64,000 nt of DNA from Octopus vulgaris (lineage: Eukaryota): contig OX597820.1 in NCBI GenBank assembly GCA_951406725.2, forward strand, positions 57,846,001 through 57,910,000, given 5' to 3'. The position numbers and the translations under genes are program-made. How positions within the stretch are numbered: position 1 is the stretch's first letter; each line of letters begins with the position of its first letter. Below are positions 27,216 to 40,111 of the stretch, piece by piece. Under the pieces are notes generated by a model. That model was not told the DNA's origin and searched no databases. It saw only the letters and a program-made list of their open reading frames with translations.

Positions 27216-27599
27216 CCGTAGTAGTAGTAGTATTATGATGGTGGCAGTAGTATTAGTAGTGGTAGTAGCAGCAGTATTAGTAGTAGCAGCAGCAGCAGTA
27301 TTAGTATTAGTATTAGTAGTAGTAGTAGTAGTAGTAGCACCAGCAGTAGTAGTAGTAGTAGTAGTAGTAGCAGTAACAGTAGCACCAACAGCAGCAGTAG
27401 TAGTAGTAGTAGCAGTAACAGTAGCACCAGCAGCAGCAGTAGTAGTAGTAGCAGCAGCATTAATATTTGTAGTAGTAGTAGTATTAGTAGTAGTAGCAGC
27501 ATCAGCAGTATTAGTATTAGTAGTAGTAGTAGCACTAGCAGCAGCAGTATTAGTAGTTGTGGCAGTAGTAGTAGTAGTTGTAGTAGTGGCAGCAGCAGC

Positions 27600-27631
<32 letters not shown>

Positions 27632-27959
27632 CAGCAGCAGAAGCAGTAGTAGCAGCAGCAGCAGTATTAGTAGTAGTAGTAGTAGTAGTAGCACCAGCAG
27701 CAGTAGTAGTAGTATTAGTAGTAGTAGTAGCAGTAACAGTAGCGCCAACAGCAGCAGCAGTAGTAGTAGTAGCAGTAACAGTAGCACCACCAGCAGCAGC
27801 AATAGTAGTAGCAGCAGTATTAATATTTGTAGTAGTAGTATTAGTAGTAGTAGCAGCAGTATTAGTAGTAGCAGCAGTATTAGTATGAGTATTAGTAGTA
27901 GTAGTAGCACTAGCAGCAGCAGTATTAGTAGTTGTGGCAGTAGTAGTAGTAGTAGTGGC

Positions 27960-28027
<68 letters not shown>

Positions 28028-28086
28028 CAGCAGCAGCAGCAGTAGTAGTAGTGGCAGCAGCAGCATCAGTAGTAGTGGCAGCAGCT

Positions 28087-28125
<39 letters not shown>
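27216..28125. repeat. (AGT/AGC)n trinucleotide array with an internal ~360-bp duplication
   Basis: Direct reading. Landmark TAATATTTGT occurs at 27461 and 27821. Confidence 0.95.
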
Positions 28126-28582
28126 ATGGCAAAATTCTTGCCAGCTTGAGATAGTCGAAGTTTTATAGGTATATCAGTGGTAAATTTAGCGTAGAAATGC
28201 TTCAGATAATCAATTGCTAAGTTTGATCACTTGCAAAAAGACAACATCTATCGATTCCTAAACGGTTACGCACAACGTATATACTTTGCAAAACAGGGTC
28301 CTGCTTGGTTTGAGAATGAAGGTGCTGCTGGCTAGGAATAAGGTGAAGGGGTTGGAGGAGGTAGTTCTTGAACCCAGGCGGTGAATTTTGTTTTAAATCA
28401 TCTTTTTCCGTTTTATCTTTGCATATTTCCCAATAAAAACGTATTGCTTTCCGAATATTGTATCAACTTTGACAAATCTTTTGGTATTCTGAATGACGAT
28501 TTTTAAACTGGGGATTAAAAATCCTTGTATAAAAGCGAGAAAATACATCAGTCAAACCCTTTAGGGTGAAAACTTCCTTGGT

Positions 28583-28668
28583 TCTTCTTCTTCTTCTTCT
28601 TCTTCTTCTTCTTCTTCTTCTTCTTCTTCTTCTTCTTCTTCTTCTTCTTCTTCTTCTTCTTCTTCTTC

Positions 28669-28707
<39 letters not shown>

Positions 28708-28897
28708 TTCTTCTTCTTCTTCTTCTTCTTCTTCATCATCATCATCATCATCATCATCTTCTTCTTCTTCTTCTTCTTCTTCTTCTTCTTCATGATCATC
28801 ATGATCATCATCATCATCATCATCATCATCATCTTCTTCTTCTTCTTCTTCTTCTTCTTCTTCTTCTTCTTCTTCTTCTTCTTCTTCTTCTTCTTCT
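28583..28897. repeat. Alternating (TTC)n/(ATC)n microsatellite
   Basis: Direct reading. It produces the spurious poly-E/D, poly-L/H and poly-K/M ORFs. Confidence 0.97.
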
Positions 28898-29004
28898 AAC
28901 GCTTCTTTGCTTTTCCTTACCTCTACAATTCTCGATGTGCAGTTCGCTTGATTCGTTGTCCAATAGCCGTTCCAATTCACACTGAATACTCATATATATA
29001 TAAA

Positions 29005-29261
29005 ATAAATAAATGCACCCTTTTAAAGCCTAGCCAGGCACATGGGCCCGGTTTCCCGGTTTCAATGGCGTATGTGTTCCCCAGCTGAAGGGGACGCTAG
29101 TTCAATGCAGCGTTACTCATTTTTGCCAGCTGAGTGGACTGGAGCAATGTGAAATGAAGATTTTTACTCAAGAACGCAACGCGTCGCCTTGTCCAGGAAT
29201 CGAAACCACAATCTTACGATCATGATGCTGACACCGTAACCACTAAGCCACGCGCCTCCAC
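29005..29261 (-). mobile_element. SINE family C
   Basis: Closely matches 6845-7097. Confidence 0.88.
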
Positions 29262-29496
29262 TATACATTCGTATATGCAGATGTAAAATGTTGAGTGCAT
29301 TGGAGAATGTAACACTTTCAAAACATTTGCAGCACTACTGCTTCGTCATCGGATGATGTTGAAGCTTGGTCAAACGTTGATCAAAAATAATAACCTTTAA
29401 ATGATGCTGTAGCTCTTTGTGGTTAGGTGACTTGGGAATTGCGCACATACACACAACCACACACACATGCATACCGATCTGTGGGAGAGAGAGCTG

Positions 29497-29861
29497 GGAT
29501 CTTTTCTAAAAGAAGGCCAGATTTTTCTACACACACACGCACACACATACACAACAAAAAAAACACACACACAGGTAATCGGTCCGTAAGTCAGGGATGA
29601 CATTGAAATAAACAAGCCTTTGAAGACAGAAAACAGAAGACTGATAAGGGTGAATAACACGGCAGTAAATGAATTGAGGTCAAAACAGAGAATACGATTG
29701 GTTAAAATTCGAAGAATTAAACTATATAAAAGTTAGAAAATACATTTTTCTCCAAAAAACTAATTGAAATTAATGTTTTCTTTTGACACATTCTACCAGT
29801 ATACGAAGTTTCAAATTATTTAGTTAACTAGAAAAATCTGGCCTTCTTTTAGAAAAGATCC
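29497..29861. mobile_element. MITE with perfect 33-bp TIRs and probable 8-bp TSD
   Basis: GGATCTTTTCTAAAAGAAGGCCAGATTTTTCTA at 29497-29529 and its exact reverse complement at 29829-29861. Flanks GAGAGCTG and AAGAGCTG. Confidence 0.82.
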
Positions 29862-30084
29862 AAGAGCTGTTGTGTAAGGAGTTTGACTTTCAACAGCATT
29901 TCATCTCCCTAAACTGTAAAAGTCTATAGAGAAAGCATAAACATCACATATCCAATTCATCAAACCCTGAAATCTGACAATGTTATCATCCGTTGACTTA
30001 TACAACCAGTCACGCGAGAGTTCATAATTATTAGCCTTATTCGTTAGCTTAATTGTTTTGGAGAAATAACATATTTCCTTTTCT

Positions 30085-30302
30085 TTGTACATAGCTTGCC
30101 GGTCCGTCGCAGGTGAGCTGCAAGATGCGGGAGGAAAGTTGTGACGAAAGAGTCAGCAGAAGTTCGCCATTCCATTCTGCCGGAACCGCTTGGAGCTTAG
30201 GTGTTTCGCTCATAAACACACGTATCGCCCAGTCTGAGATTCGAACCCACGATCCCTCGACCGCGAGTCTTCTGCTCTAACCACTAGGCCATGTGCCTCC
30301 AC
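30085..30302 (-). mobile_element. tRNA(Arg)-like SINE family D
   Basis: Minus-strand head GTGGAGGCACATGGCCTAGTGGTTAGAGCAG..GACTCGCGGTC..GGGTTCGAATC. Confidence 0.82.
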
Positions 30303-30850
30303 ATTTCTGATGATTACAACCCCCACTCTCACTTTCGCACACTCACTCCTTTTCTTTCTTCCTTTCTTTCTTTCTTCCTCCCTTCCTTTCTTTCTTTCTT
30401 ACTTTCTTTTCTGTCTGTCCGCCCGTCTGTCTGTCTGTATGTGAGTATACTTGTGAGCAAGTGCATTTGCGTCTAAGCATACATGGTGGTGTTTATATGT
30501 ATGTATGTATATACATAGATGACACCGTGTTTATTCTATTCTTTTATCTCTTCAGATTCATTCCAAAGTAGAATAGTCTGATAATTCTAATTCAGAAACA
30601 GAAATACATCGCTCGAATTTAGACATTTACAACTGTATAAAGCCATAAGCAAAGATGTCTTACACATTTTTAGTAATTCATTTACACATTGAATTTACAC
30701 AATACGTGTTAGATGTTATTAGTTGCTTTAAAAAAATATCCGAACTTTTCAAGATATTGTTTAGGCACTTAGCAACGTAACCAAGCAAGTGAATGATTAC
30801 AAGTACGAATGTGAGTTTATGAACGGAGTAGAAGCGATATATGTTTCTAA

Positions 30851-31085
30851 AGGCGGCGAGCTGGCAGAAACGTTAGCACGCCGGGCGAAATGCTTAGCGG
30901 TATTTCGTCTGCGTTACGTTGTGAGTTCAAATTCCGCCGAGGTCGACTTGGCCTTTCATCCTTTCGGTGTCGATAAATTAAGTACCAGTTACGCACTAGG
31001 GTCGATGTAATCGACTTAATACCTATGTCTGTCCTTGTTTGTCCCCTCTGTGTTTAGCCCCTTGTGGGTAATAAAGAAATAGGTA
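30851..31085 (+). mobile_element. SINE family A, tail type 2
   Basis: Near-identical to 5764-5997. Confidence 0.9.
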
Positions 31086-31261
31086 TATGTTTCTAATTGA
31101 TAGCCCATAGAGGTTCTGTTTCTCATCACATCTGTTGGACATATGGTTATGATTGCGCTACGTTTGTTTAAAGGACAATTTGATAGGAGCTTTCCACCAA
31201 AATTCCTTCTATTGAAATCCCCAAATTCCTTTTATTGAATGTGTAGCTGTGTGAAACGTTA

Positions 31262-31319
<58 letters not shown>

Positions 31320-31324
31320 CATAT

Positions 31325-31515
31325 TTCAATATGTGACCGCGTATGTATCGTTGGCGATTTTCTTTCTCCGTCTTCCCTTCCTTGGACTTTTCCTTTCTAA
31401 CGAAGAGCTCCGCTCGAAACGTTAAAATCCTCCTTCTTTCTTTCCTTTCCTGAGCGTCCAATAACACTATACTTGTCCCACATCCTCGCGTTGTTATGTT
31501 TTCTCTTTGTTCATG
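31325..31515 (+). mobile_element. Short (TA)n-associated PLE-end-like repeat with minimal HHR motif (family H2)
   Basis: CTAACGA-A-GAGC-TCC-GCTC-GAAA-CG-TT. Homologs at 41108-41315 (-), 51005-51202 (+) and, partially, 21394-21470 (-). Confidence 0.68.
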
Positions 31516-32937
31516 TTCTAAGTATCATTGTCCGCATGTTTCTTCCTGTATATAGTTTTAGTAAGAATGACATAAGACACGGCGAGGTAACAAGTTGATG
31601 ACATTTTGGGGAGGTTGCTGAGTGAATATGTGTAATGCCTTCCCTCTTCCGTAGCTAGTTTGCAACTGTCTTTTAATAATACGATTTTGAAATGTCAGAA
31701 TGCGAATTGGGAAATAACGTAAATGTTGTTTATCCAAGAGTGAGACTTGCTGGTTATATAAATCTGCACGCGTGAGTATTTACTTACTTGTACCCATGGA
31801 AGAAGTAGACACAAAGTCATGTGTACATTTAAGTACCCCAAATATATCCAAATAGAAATTCTTCATCACACCTCGAGACAAGTAAATATTTCATTTATTT
31901 CTTAACGTATTTACCGCTGATGACGAGAAAATTCTTCATGAATTAACTCAGAAATCGGACTGATTCGGTAATAACGGATTTTTTAGAAATTTCTGTCAGC
32001 TTGCTTCGGGACGCGTGCTTATAGTGATAAATTATATGTGATTATTGAGGATTTAAAGTCTATTTTCGGCATATTTGGCATTGGAATTTTTTTCTTTTGC
32101 CCTTGTTTATAAATTTCACCTTAAAAGGTATTTTTTAATATGCTGGCCACTGATAAAAATTTTTTGAACATTTTATCCTTTATTTTATATATATATATAT
32201 ATATATATACAATGCATCTTTTCATTATTAAATAATGGAACGCAACACACACCGAATTTCTATTAACAGGTAAGTCTTTTATATACTCGAATGACAATCT
32301 TTCTAGACTTCATTCTTTCCTCCTTTTCTTTCTATCACCCTCTCACTTCTATTCTAGCCTTTTGACTTTCTCCTTTTCTCTCTTTCCCTTTTGTATTCTT
32401 TGCCTTTCTCCTTTCTTTTTTTTTGTTCCCTTCATCCCTTTCACTTTTTTCTTTCTGTCCCGTTCTCTCCCTCTCTCTTGCTGTCTTTCTCCTCTGCCTG
32501 CGGCTGTCACATGAGCTGCGCCCAGCTTTCTCCTCTCTTCATACTGGTTCCGTAGCTGACCAATCGCAAATTCTCTGACACTCCGTTCTCTATCCTTTAG
32601 GATATCTTCTAAGCATTACCTACATTTCTTGTCTTCTTGGTCTTAAGATCCTATTTTCCTCGTCTGATCGTCCTTGTCAACCGTCCTAAATCACACTCTC
32701 TGTTGTTTTGTTTTGTTTTGTTTCGTTTACTCTCGGCCCTGAATTCTCTGCAAAAAGATTTTTGTGGGCACCGCCAATATGGGGAGCCCTGACACTTATC
32801 ATTAATGGTGCGAAACCGAGTATTACCAATTGGTTGATAACTGATGAAGAATTAGGGACCTTGTGTGTTTGTCTCTTGTCCGGTTGTACACTCAACATAC
32901 GTTATGTCGTTTGTTGATTTACCATACATTTTTCCTG

Positions 32938-32987
<50 letters not shown>

Positions 32988-33050
32988 ATATATATATACA
33001 CACACGCACACACACACATGCATACATACATACATATATATATATATATA

Positions 33051-33086
<36 letters not shown>

Positions 33087-33239
33087 CATGCTTTCCGTGC
33101 GAATGGTTTTTTTTTTATTACGGTGCCGTGATTTACAATCCTGTAAATAATAATAATGGTATTTTTATATAAGCTTAAAGCTTATGGCGATCACCGTGCA
33201 ATGATTAAACAAAATAGTCTAATAAAGGGGCATATAAGC

Positions 33240-33435
33240 CCTCGACAGAAAAAATGAAGGCTCAATAGCCACTACACATTCTTATATTCTTTCCCTGTTT
33301 CTTTCTGTGTTCCTTTCTGTGGAAGAGCGTAGGCTCGAAACGTTAAAGACTTTTTCACTTCCCGTGTATTATACTAATACATTTGTTTGTTGTCTACACC
33401 ACCTGTCTTCGTCTTTTGTTTTTGTTGTGAATTCT

Positions 33436-33438
<3 letters not shown>
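33240..33438 (+). mobile_element. Short (TA)n-associated PLE-end-like repeat with minimal HHR motif (family H3)
   Basis: CTTT-CTGTGGA-A-GAGC-GTAG-GCTC-GAAA-CG-TT-AAAG at 33313-33348. Homologs at 51492-51637 (-) and 60690-60880 (-). Confidence 0.68.
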
Positions 33439-33532
<94 letters not shown>

Positions 33533-33669
33533 CATATATATATATAGTAAATAGGGTAATAAAAAATAAATTATTATTACCAGTGACCTAGCACAAAAGA
33601 CGAATTAGTCATTAGACTATATATTATTCATATAGAAATACATTAAAAGGCGTCCAAATAAAGAAGCGC

Positions 33670-34041
<372 letters not shown>

Positions 34042-34396
34042 CTCCCAACCACATCGTTCAGCCCTATTGCACGGCACCCTTGGGCAAGTGTCTTCTACTA
34101 TAGCCGCGGGCCAATCAAGGCCTTTTGAGTGAATTTGGTTGACGGAAACTACAAGAATTCTATCATATGCGTATGTGCGTGTATGTATATGTTGTGTGTG
34201 TGCATGTCTTGTGTGCAGTGTGTGCGTGTGTGTATGCATTTGTGTGCATGTATGTATATATTGTATGTACGATCTTCATTTTAAGCTATCGAAAAAACCG
34301 TGGTTTATCTATGGAGAAACAAAGTTCGTTGACTAAACATTTGTATATGATTGCATATACATATTTACTGTTAACCTGCGCTGTACTACTGCTTTA

Positions 34397-34518
<122 letters not shown>

Positions 34519-34618
34519 CACGCTTATTAATATACATGCATAAGGCGGTGAGCTGGCAGAATCGTTAGTGGAACATGGATATTAAATAATGATGATTTCA
34601 CACACACAAAACATGCAC

Positions 34619-34714
<96 letters not shown>

Positions 34715-35138
34715 TATACGTGTATGCGCGCGTGAATGTATTATGAACAAGCTACATACAGCGAAACTCCGATGTCACAGTCAATGAAATTACAGTAATA
34801 CTCACGTATCAAGTCCTTTATCGGCTTGTCCTTTATTAGTCGTTATTATACTTTTAAATATCATTTAACGATGTAGTGTACATGTAAACATATACGTATG
34901 CGTACAAACTTGCATACATACGTAAATACGTAGGTACGTATATGCACGCGTGAATGAAAATGCGTGTGTATGTGTTTATGAGAGAATATGATAATTATAT
35001 ATGCTTATATATTACAATGGAAATAGATTAATTAAATAGAATTATTTATATACTTCTATTAACAGCGAAGAATATACATAGAGAAATACAGCCCACCACT
35101 CCGCATTCTCTCTCTTTCTTTCTCTCTCTCTCCTTATA

Positions 35139-35338
<200 letters not shown>

Positions 35339-35889
35339 CGCGCACACTCACAAGCACATGTATAATTTTAATGTATATTAATGCTGTTGCAAATGTATAT
35401 ATAATTATAGATTTCCATGTTCAGTATTCACAATATAGACTTGTATACACACAAACGCATACATGGCTCAAACAAACACAGAAATCGCATAACTCGTATA
35501 ACAATAGGCACTTGTAATTCAAGCTTCGGTTTGAATGGATGTTCTGTGCATGCGGATGCATACTTCAAGTACAATTTCTGAATTGATATGCTTTTGTTAT
35601 CAACAATATCATTACAAGATATACATGTAATATTTCTATATATTAGTACCAAGTCACCGTATACATTTCGTACTAAAGCGAATTCTTCGCTAATGAGATT
35701 TTCAGTGGCACTTTTCTGAAGTTACAAACGTTCCTATTTCATTATACTTACTTCTTTCATTCATCTGTTTCATTCTACTCTTTCTATCATTCTGCCTCTT
35801 CCTCATTCTTTCTTTCTTTCATCTCCCCCACTCCCTTCATATAAAAGTGTTTGTATGAGTCTGTGTAGCTTCTACGTATATATATATGA

Positions 35890-36285
35890 ATTCTATAACG
35901 GAAAGAATCCCTTGCATTGTCTCAAACTTAGAAAGACCCCTATGCAAGATTTTCTAGCTCTACTCTCAGATCTTAAATATTTCTAACTTTCTGCGAACAT
36001 GCTCGGATGAAATCATCCAAAGAGTCCATTAACTGGAACTTGAGACCCCTAAATACAACATGTGAGCATTTAACCTCAATATTGCCTCTTTCTACGCCTC
36101 AGCACACTCTCTCCCATCTGTTGACTTGCTAAGTCGTCTGAATCACTTCCATTAATCCCTACTGTTCTGGTCTTACTACTGACATTCGTCAACTCCTGTC
36201 TATCATCGCAGTCGACACTTTCCTCAACCATACTTGCAAACAAATCTCAAACGTACACTTGGATCTCGTTTGTTGGGCCTATTGC
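35890..36285 (+). pseudogene. Highly decayed Penelope-like RT fragment
   Basis: IVSNLERPLCKI..SQIL (cf. RPIVS...P.YKL...L), FNLNIASFY (cf. SFDV.SLF) and KQISNVHLGS (cf. YKQ..G..MGS), in the expected order. Confidence 0.5.
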
Positions 36286-36289
36286 CTAT

Positions 36290-36545
36290 TGCCGACCCCC
36301 AGGACATTTATTTTTAAGCCTAGTGCTTATTCTATCGGTCTCTTTTTCCGAACCGCTAGGCTACGGAGACGTAAACACACCAACACCGGTTGTCATGTGG
36401 TGATAGGAGGACAAGCACAGACACAAGGACACACACACATACATACACACACACGCGCACACACTCACATACACACACATGTACGCGCGCGCACACACAC
36501 ACACACACACATATATACGACAGGCTTCTTTCAGTTTCTGTCTAT
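36290..36545 (-). mobile_element. SINE family B, partial
   Basis: Matches the reverse complement of the body of 44169-44587. Confidence 0.82.
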
Positions 36546-37121
36546 TGACAGTAGAGATGGAAATCCACTCCATCACTATTGAGGATTGGTACATGAAAAA
36601 ATGAACGCACCCATATACAGCTTAGCTGCAGCTACGACAGGAGATCAAGCTTTCCATATATAGCGATATAGCGCCAAAAATTTGTGAAGATCAAGGTGTA
36701 CCTAATATCCATTACAATTCGCCTTCAGAAATGGAAGAACTCTTGCAGCAACTATCTACTAAAGTTGCTATACTGCAGCAATAGTACAACTGATGCTATC
36801 TGCAGGGCCACTCCTAGTGTAAGACATATAACCGGCTCGCTCAGAACTTACCCGCTAAAATGCTTATCAAACAATCGACATCCCGACGATAAAATCTGAT
36901 GGATGCGGGCGGATGGCCCCATCCACAACACAGACATATCCCCACGTAATTACGTTGTTCATGAAATACAGTACAACAAATAACACGATTCGACTTTTAT
37001 ACACCAGAATCAAAGAATATCTCCAAACATAAACATCATCTTCCAAATGATACTTTAAAAGGTACCAGGACATGAACAAAGAAATCGTAGCCACAGTTAA
37101 ATCAATGGAAGTAATATCTGT

Positions 37122-37329
37122 TACGGAGATGTACTTGCATAGTAAGTGATTTGATCTGAGATCGTGTGCTGAAACGAAAACAATTGCAGCGTGTAGGTGT
37201 TTGTAAGCCATTTAAGAAACACACAAAAGCTGTTCGATTCACTTCAACATTTAAGTTTAATTTGTCAAAATATTTTCGTCGCTTTAAGACCGCGACCTGT
37301 TCACTGACAAAAATCCGTGCTGCATCATC
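37122..37329 (-). mobile_element. ~208-bp non-coding mobile unit carrying a G3:C8 HHR-shaped motif (family H1)
   Basis: Flanked by the 12-bp direct repeat AGTAATATCTGT (37110-37121 and 37330-37341). Motif at 37261-37311. Homologous to 38881-39072 and 39405-39596. Confidence 0.72.
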
Positions 37330-38352
37330 AGTAATATCTGTAGCCTGCAGTTAAAAGAAGCCAAGCCGTTATGATCGGCAAGACTAGAATTAGCATCAAG
37401 TGCTACTATAAAGTACAAAGTGATAATTTATTTCAGTTATACATTCATTGTAGAGTGGTTGTATCATGACCACCTTAACAGTGTATTTAGGAAACACCTT
37501 AAAAATTTTCTTATTTATTAAAGTATATCATCATTAGGTTTTAAGTTTAATTTCTATCCTTTTTCTAAATGTTGAATTAAATTTTCTCAATTTTATATAA
37601 TAATATGAATTACTACCTCTCGTATCCCTCAATTCTAATTTCCACCCTTAAAGCTTATATTACTTATCTCTTTTGTTTTACATTACATTCTCCTTTATTT
37701 AACAATCTAATTAGGTATTGGCCACCCCTAACTTCCCTTGTTCTAGTTACCACCTCTTCCCTACCAGTCATTCTCTTAATAGCAGCTCTGCGATATATTT
37801 TTAAGTAGATAAAGTAAGATATATGGTCCCAGTACAATGAGTGTCTGGAAGATAGTCTGACATTAATTGATTTATCACTATCACTTGATAACTCCCAATG
37901 GATTTAATTCTAAGTGGTTGAAGACTATATACTGTATAAAATTTTCTAAACATAAATAACTATGTCACCACTCATTTATATTTAACCCCCACTATTTTCC
38001 CTGTTACTCTCTAAATTATAGTAGGCTTAATAATATATGCAATATTTTCTAAATTCATTCTGCCACAGATATAACATAAGAAACAATGTGATTATTTTGC
38101 TTTCTGATATTGATATAAATTTGTTTAAAATGGTTTATCCTTTATGTTTGAAATCTATATGGTCATCTGCATCCTAAGAGAGCAGTTTCTTTCAAATTGA
38201 TGTAAAGTTTTCATTTATCAATTATATGGAGCCGCTTGAAACAGCCGTAATTATGTATTGACACTTTACATACTTGTTACTTATTTACATTATATATATA
38301 TAATGCAGCATGAAGTTTTGTCAGTGAACAGGTCGCTGCAATTGTTATACAT

Positions 38353-38407
<55 letters not shown>

Positions 38408-38410
<3 letters not shown>

Positions 38411-38830
38411 TTTTATTCTTTTACTTGTTTCAGTCATTTGACTACAGCCATGTTGGAGCACCGCCTTCAACGGTCTTAGTCGAACAAATCGACCCCAGGA
38501 CATTTCTTTTTAAGCCTAGTGCTTATTCTATCGGTCTCTTTTTCCGAACCGCTAGGCTACGGAAACGTAAGCACACCAACGCCGGTTGTCATGCGGTGAT
38601 AGGAGGACAAGCACAGACGCAAAGAGACACACACACACACACATACACACATACATGCATACACACACGCACATACATACACACACATATACGACAGGCT
38701 TCTTTCAGTTTCTGTCTACCATATCGACTCGACAAGGCTTTGGTCGGCTCGAGGTTATAGTAGTTGACACTTGCCCAAGGAACCATATGGTTGGGAAGCA
38801 AGCTTCTTAGCACACAGCCACGCCTGCGCC
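38408..38830 (-). mobile_element. SINE family B (left arm of palindrome)
   Basis: Near full-length B sequence on the minus strand. Confidence 0.87.
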
Positions 38831-39092
38831 TACACACATAAACACAATCATATATACATATATATATATATATATATACATTACAGAGATGTACTTGCAT
38901 AGCAAGTGACTTGATCTGAGATCGTGTGCTGGAACTAAAACAATTGCAGCGTAGAAGGTGTTTATAAGCAATTTAAGAAACACACAAAAACCGTTAGATT
39001 CACTTCAACATTTAAATTTAATTTGTCAAAATATTTTCGTCGCTTTGAGACCGCGACCTGTTCACTGACAAAACTTCAATGCCGCACGAAGT

Positions 39093-39143
39093 TTTGTCAG
39101 TGAACAGGTCGCGGTCTCAAAGCGACGAAAATATTTTGACAAA
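39093..39143 (+). ncRNA. Type I hammerhead-shaped motif with G3:C8 core (also 39022-39072 -, 39334-39384 -, 39405-39455 +, 37261-37311 -)
   Basis: TTTGTCA-GTGAACA-G-GTCGC-GGTCTCAAA-GCGAC-GAAA-ATAT-T-T-TGACAAA: 7-bp stem I, 5-bp stem II, palindromic stem III. Confidence 0.65.
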
Positions 39144-39175
39144 TAAAATTTAAATGTTGAAGTGAATCTAACGTG

Positions 39176-39301
<126 letters not shown>

Positions 39302-39640
39302 CACGTTAGATTCACTTCAACATTTAAATTTAATTTGTCAAAATATTTTCGTTGCTTTGAGACCGCAACCTGTTCACTGACAAAACTTCGTGCTGCATTG
39401 AAGTTTTGTCAGTGAACAGGTCGCGGTCTCAAAGCGACGAAAATATTTTGACAAATTAAATTTAAATGTTGAAGTGAATCTAACGGTTTTTGTGTGTTTC
39501 TTAAATTGCTTATAAACACCTTCTACGCTGCAATTGTTTTAGTTCCAGCACACGATCTCAGATCAAGTCACTTGCTATGCAAGTACATCTCTGTAATGTA
39601 TATATATATATATGTATATATGATTGTGTTTGTGTGTGTA

Positions 39641-40060
39641 GGCGCAGGCGTGGCTGTGTGCTAAGAAGCTTGCTTCCCAACCATATGGTTCCTTGGGCAA
39701 GTGTCAACTACTATAACCTCGAGCCGACCAAAGCCTTGTCGAGTCGATATGGTAGACAGAAACTGAAAGAAGCCTGTCGTATATGTGTGTGTATGTATGT
39801 GCGTGTGTGTATGCATGTATGTGTGTATGTGTGTGTGTGTGTGTCTCTTTGCGTCTGTGCTTGTCCTCCTATCACCGCATGACAACCGGCGTTGGTGTGC
39901 TTACGTTTCCGTAGCCTAGCGGTTCGGAAAAAGAGACCGATAGAATAATCACTAGGCTTAAAAAGAAATGTCCTGGGGTCGATTTGTTCGACTAAGACCG
40001 TTGAAGGCGGTGCTCCAACATGGCTGTAGTCAAATGACTGAAACAAGTAAAAGAATAAAA

Positions 40061-40063
<3 letters not shown>
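39641..40063 (+). mobile_element. SINE family B (right arm of palindrome)
   Basis: GGCGCAGGCGTGGCTGTGTG head through to the GAAACAAGTAAAAGA tail. Confidence 0.87.

Positions 40064-40111
<48 letters not shown>

Noticed and set aside
28561-28980. Acidic poly-E/D protein
   Set aside because: Pure TTC/ATC microsatellite.
30230-30302. Functional tRNA-Arg gene (likewise other tRNA-like heads)
   Set aside because: It continues into a SINE body, lacks a proper acceptor stem and is multi-copy.
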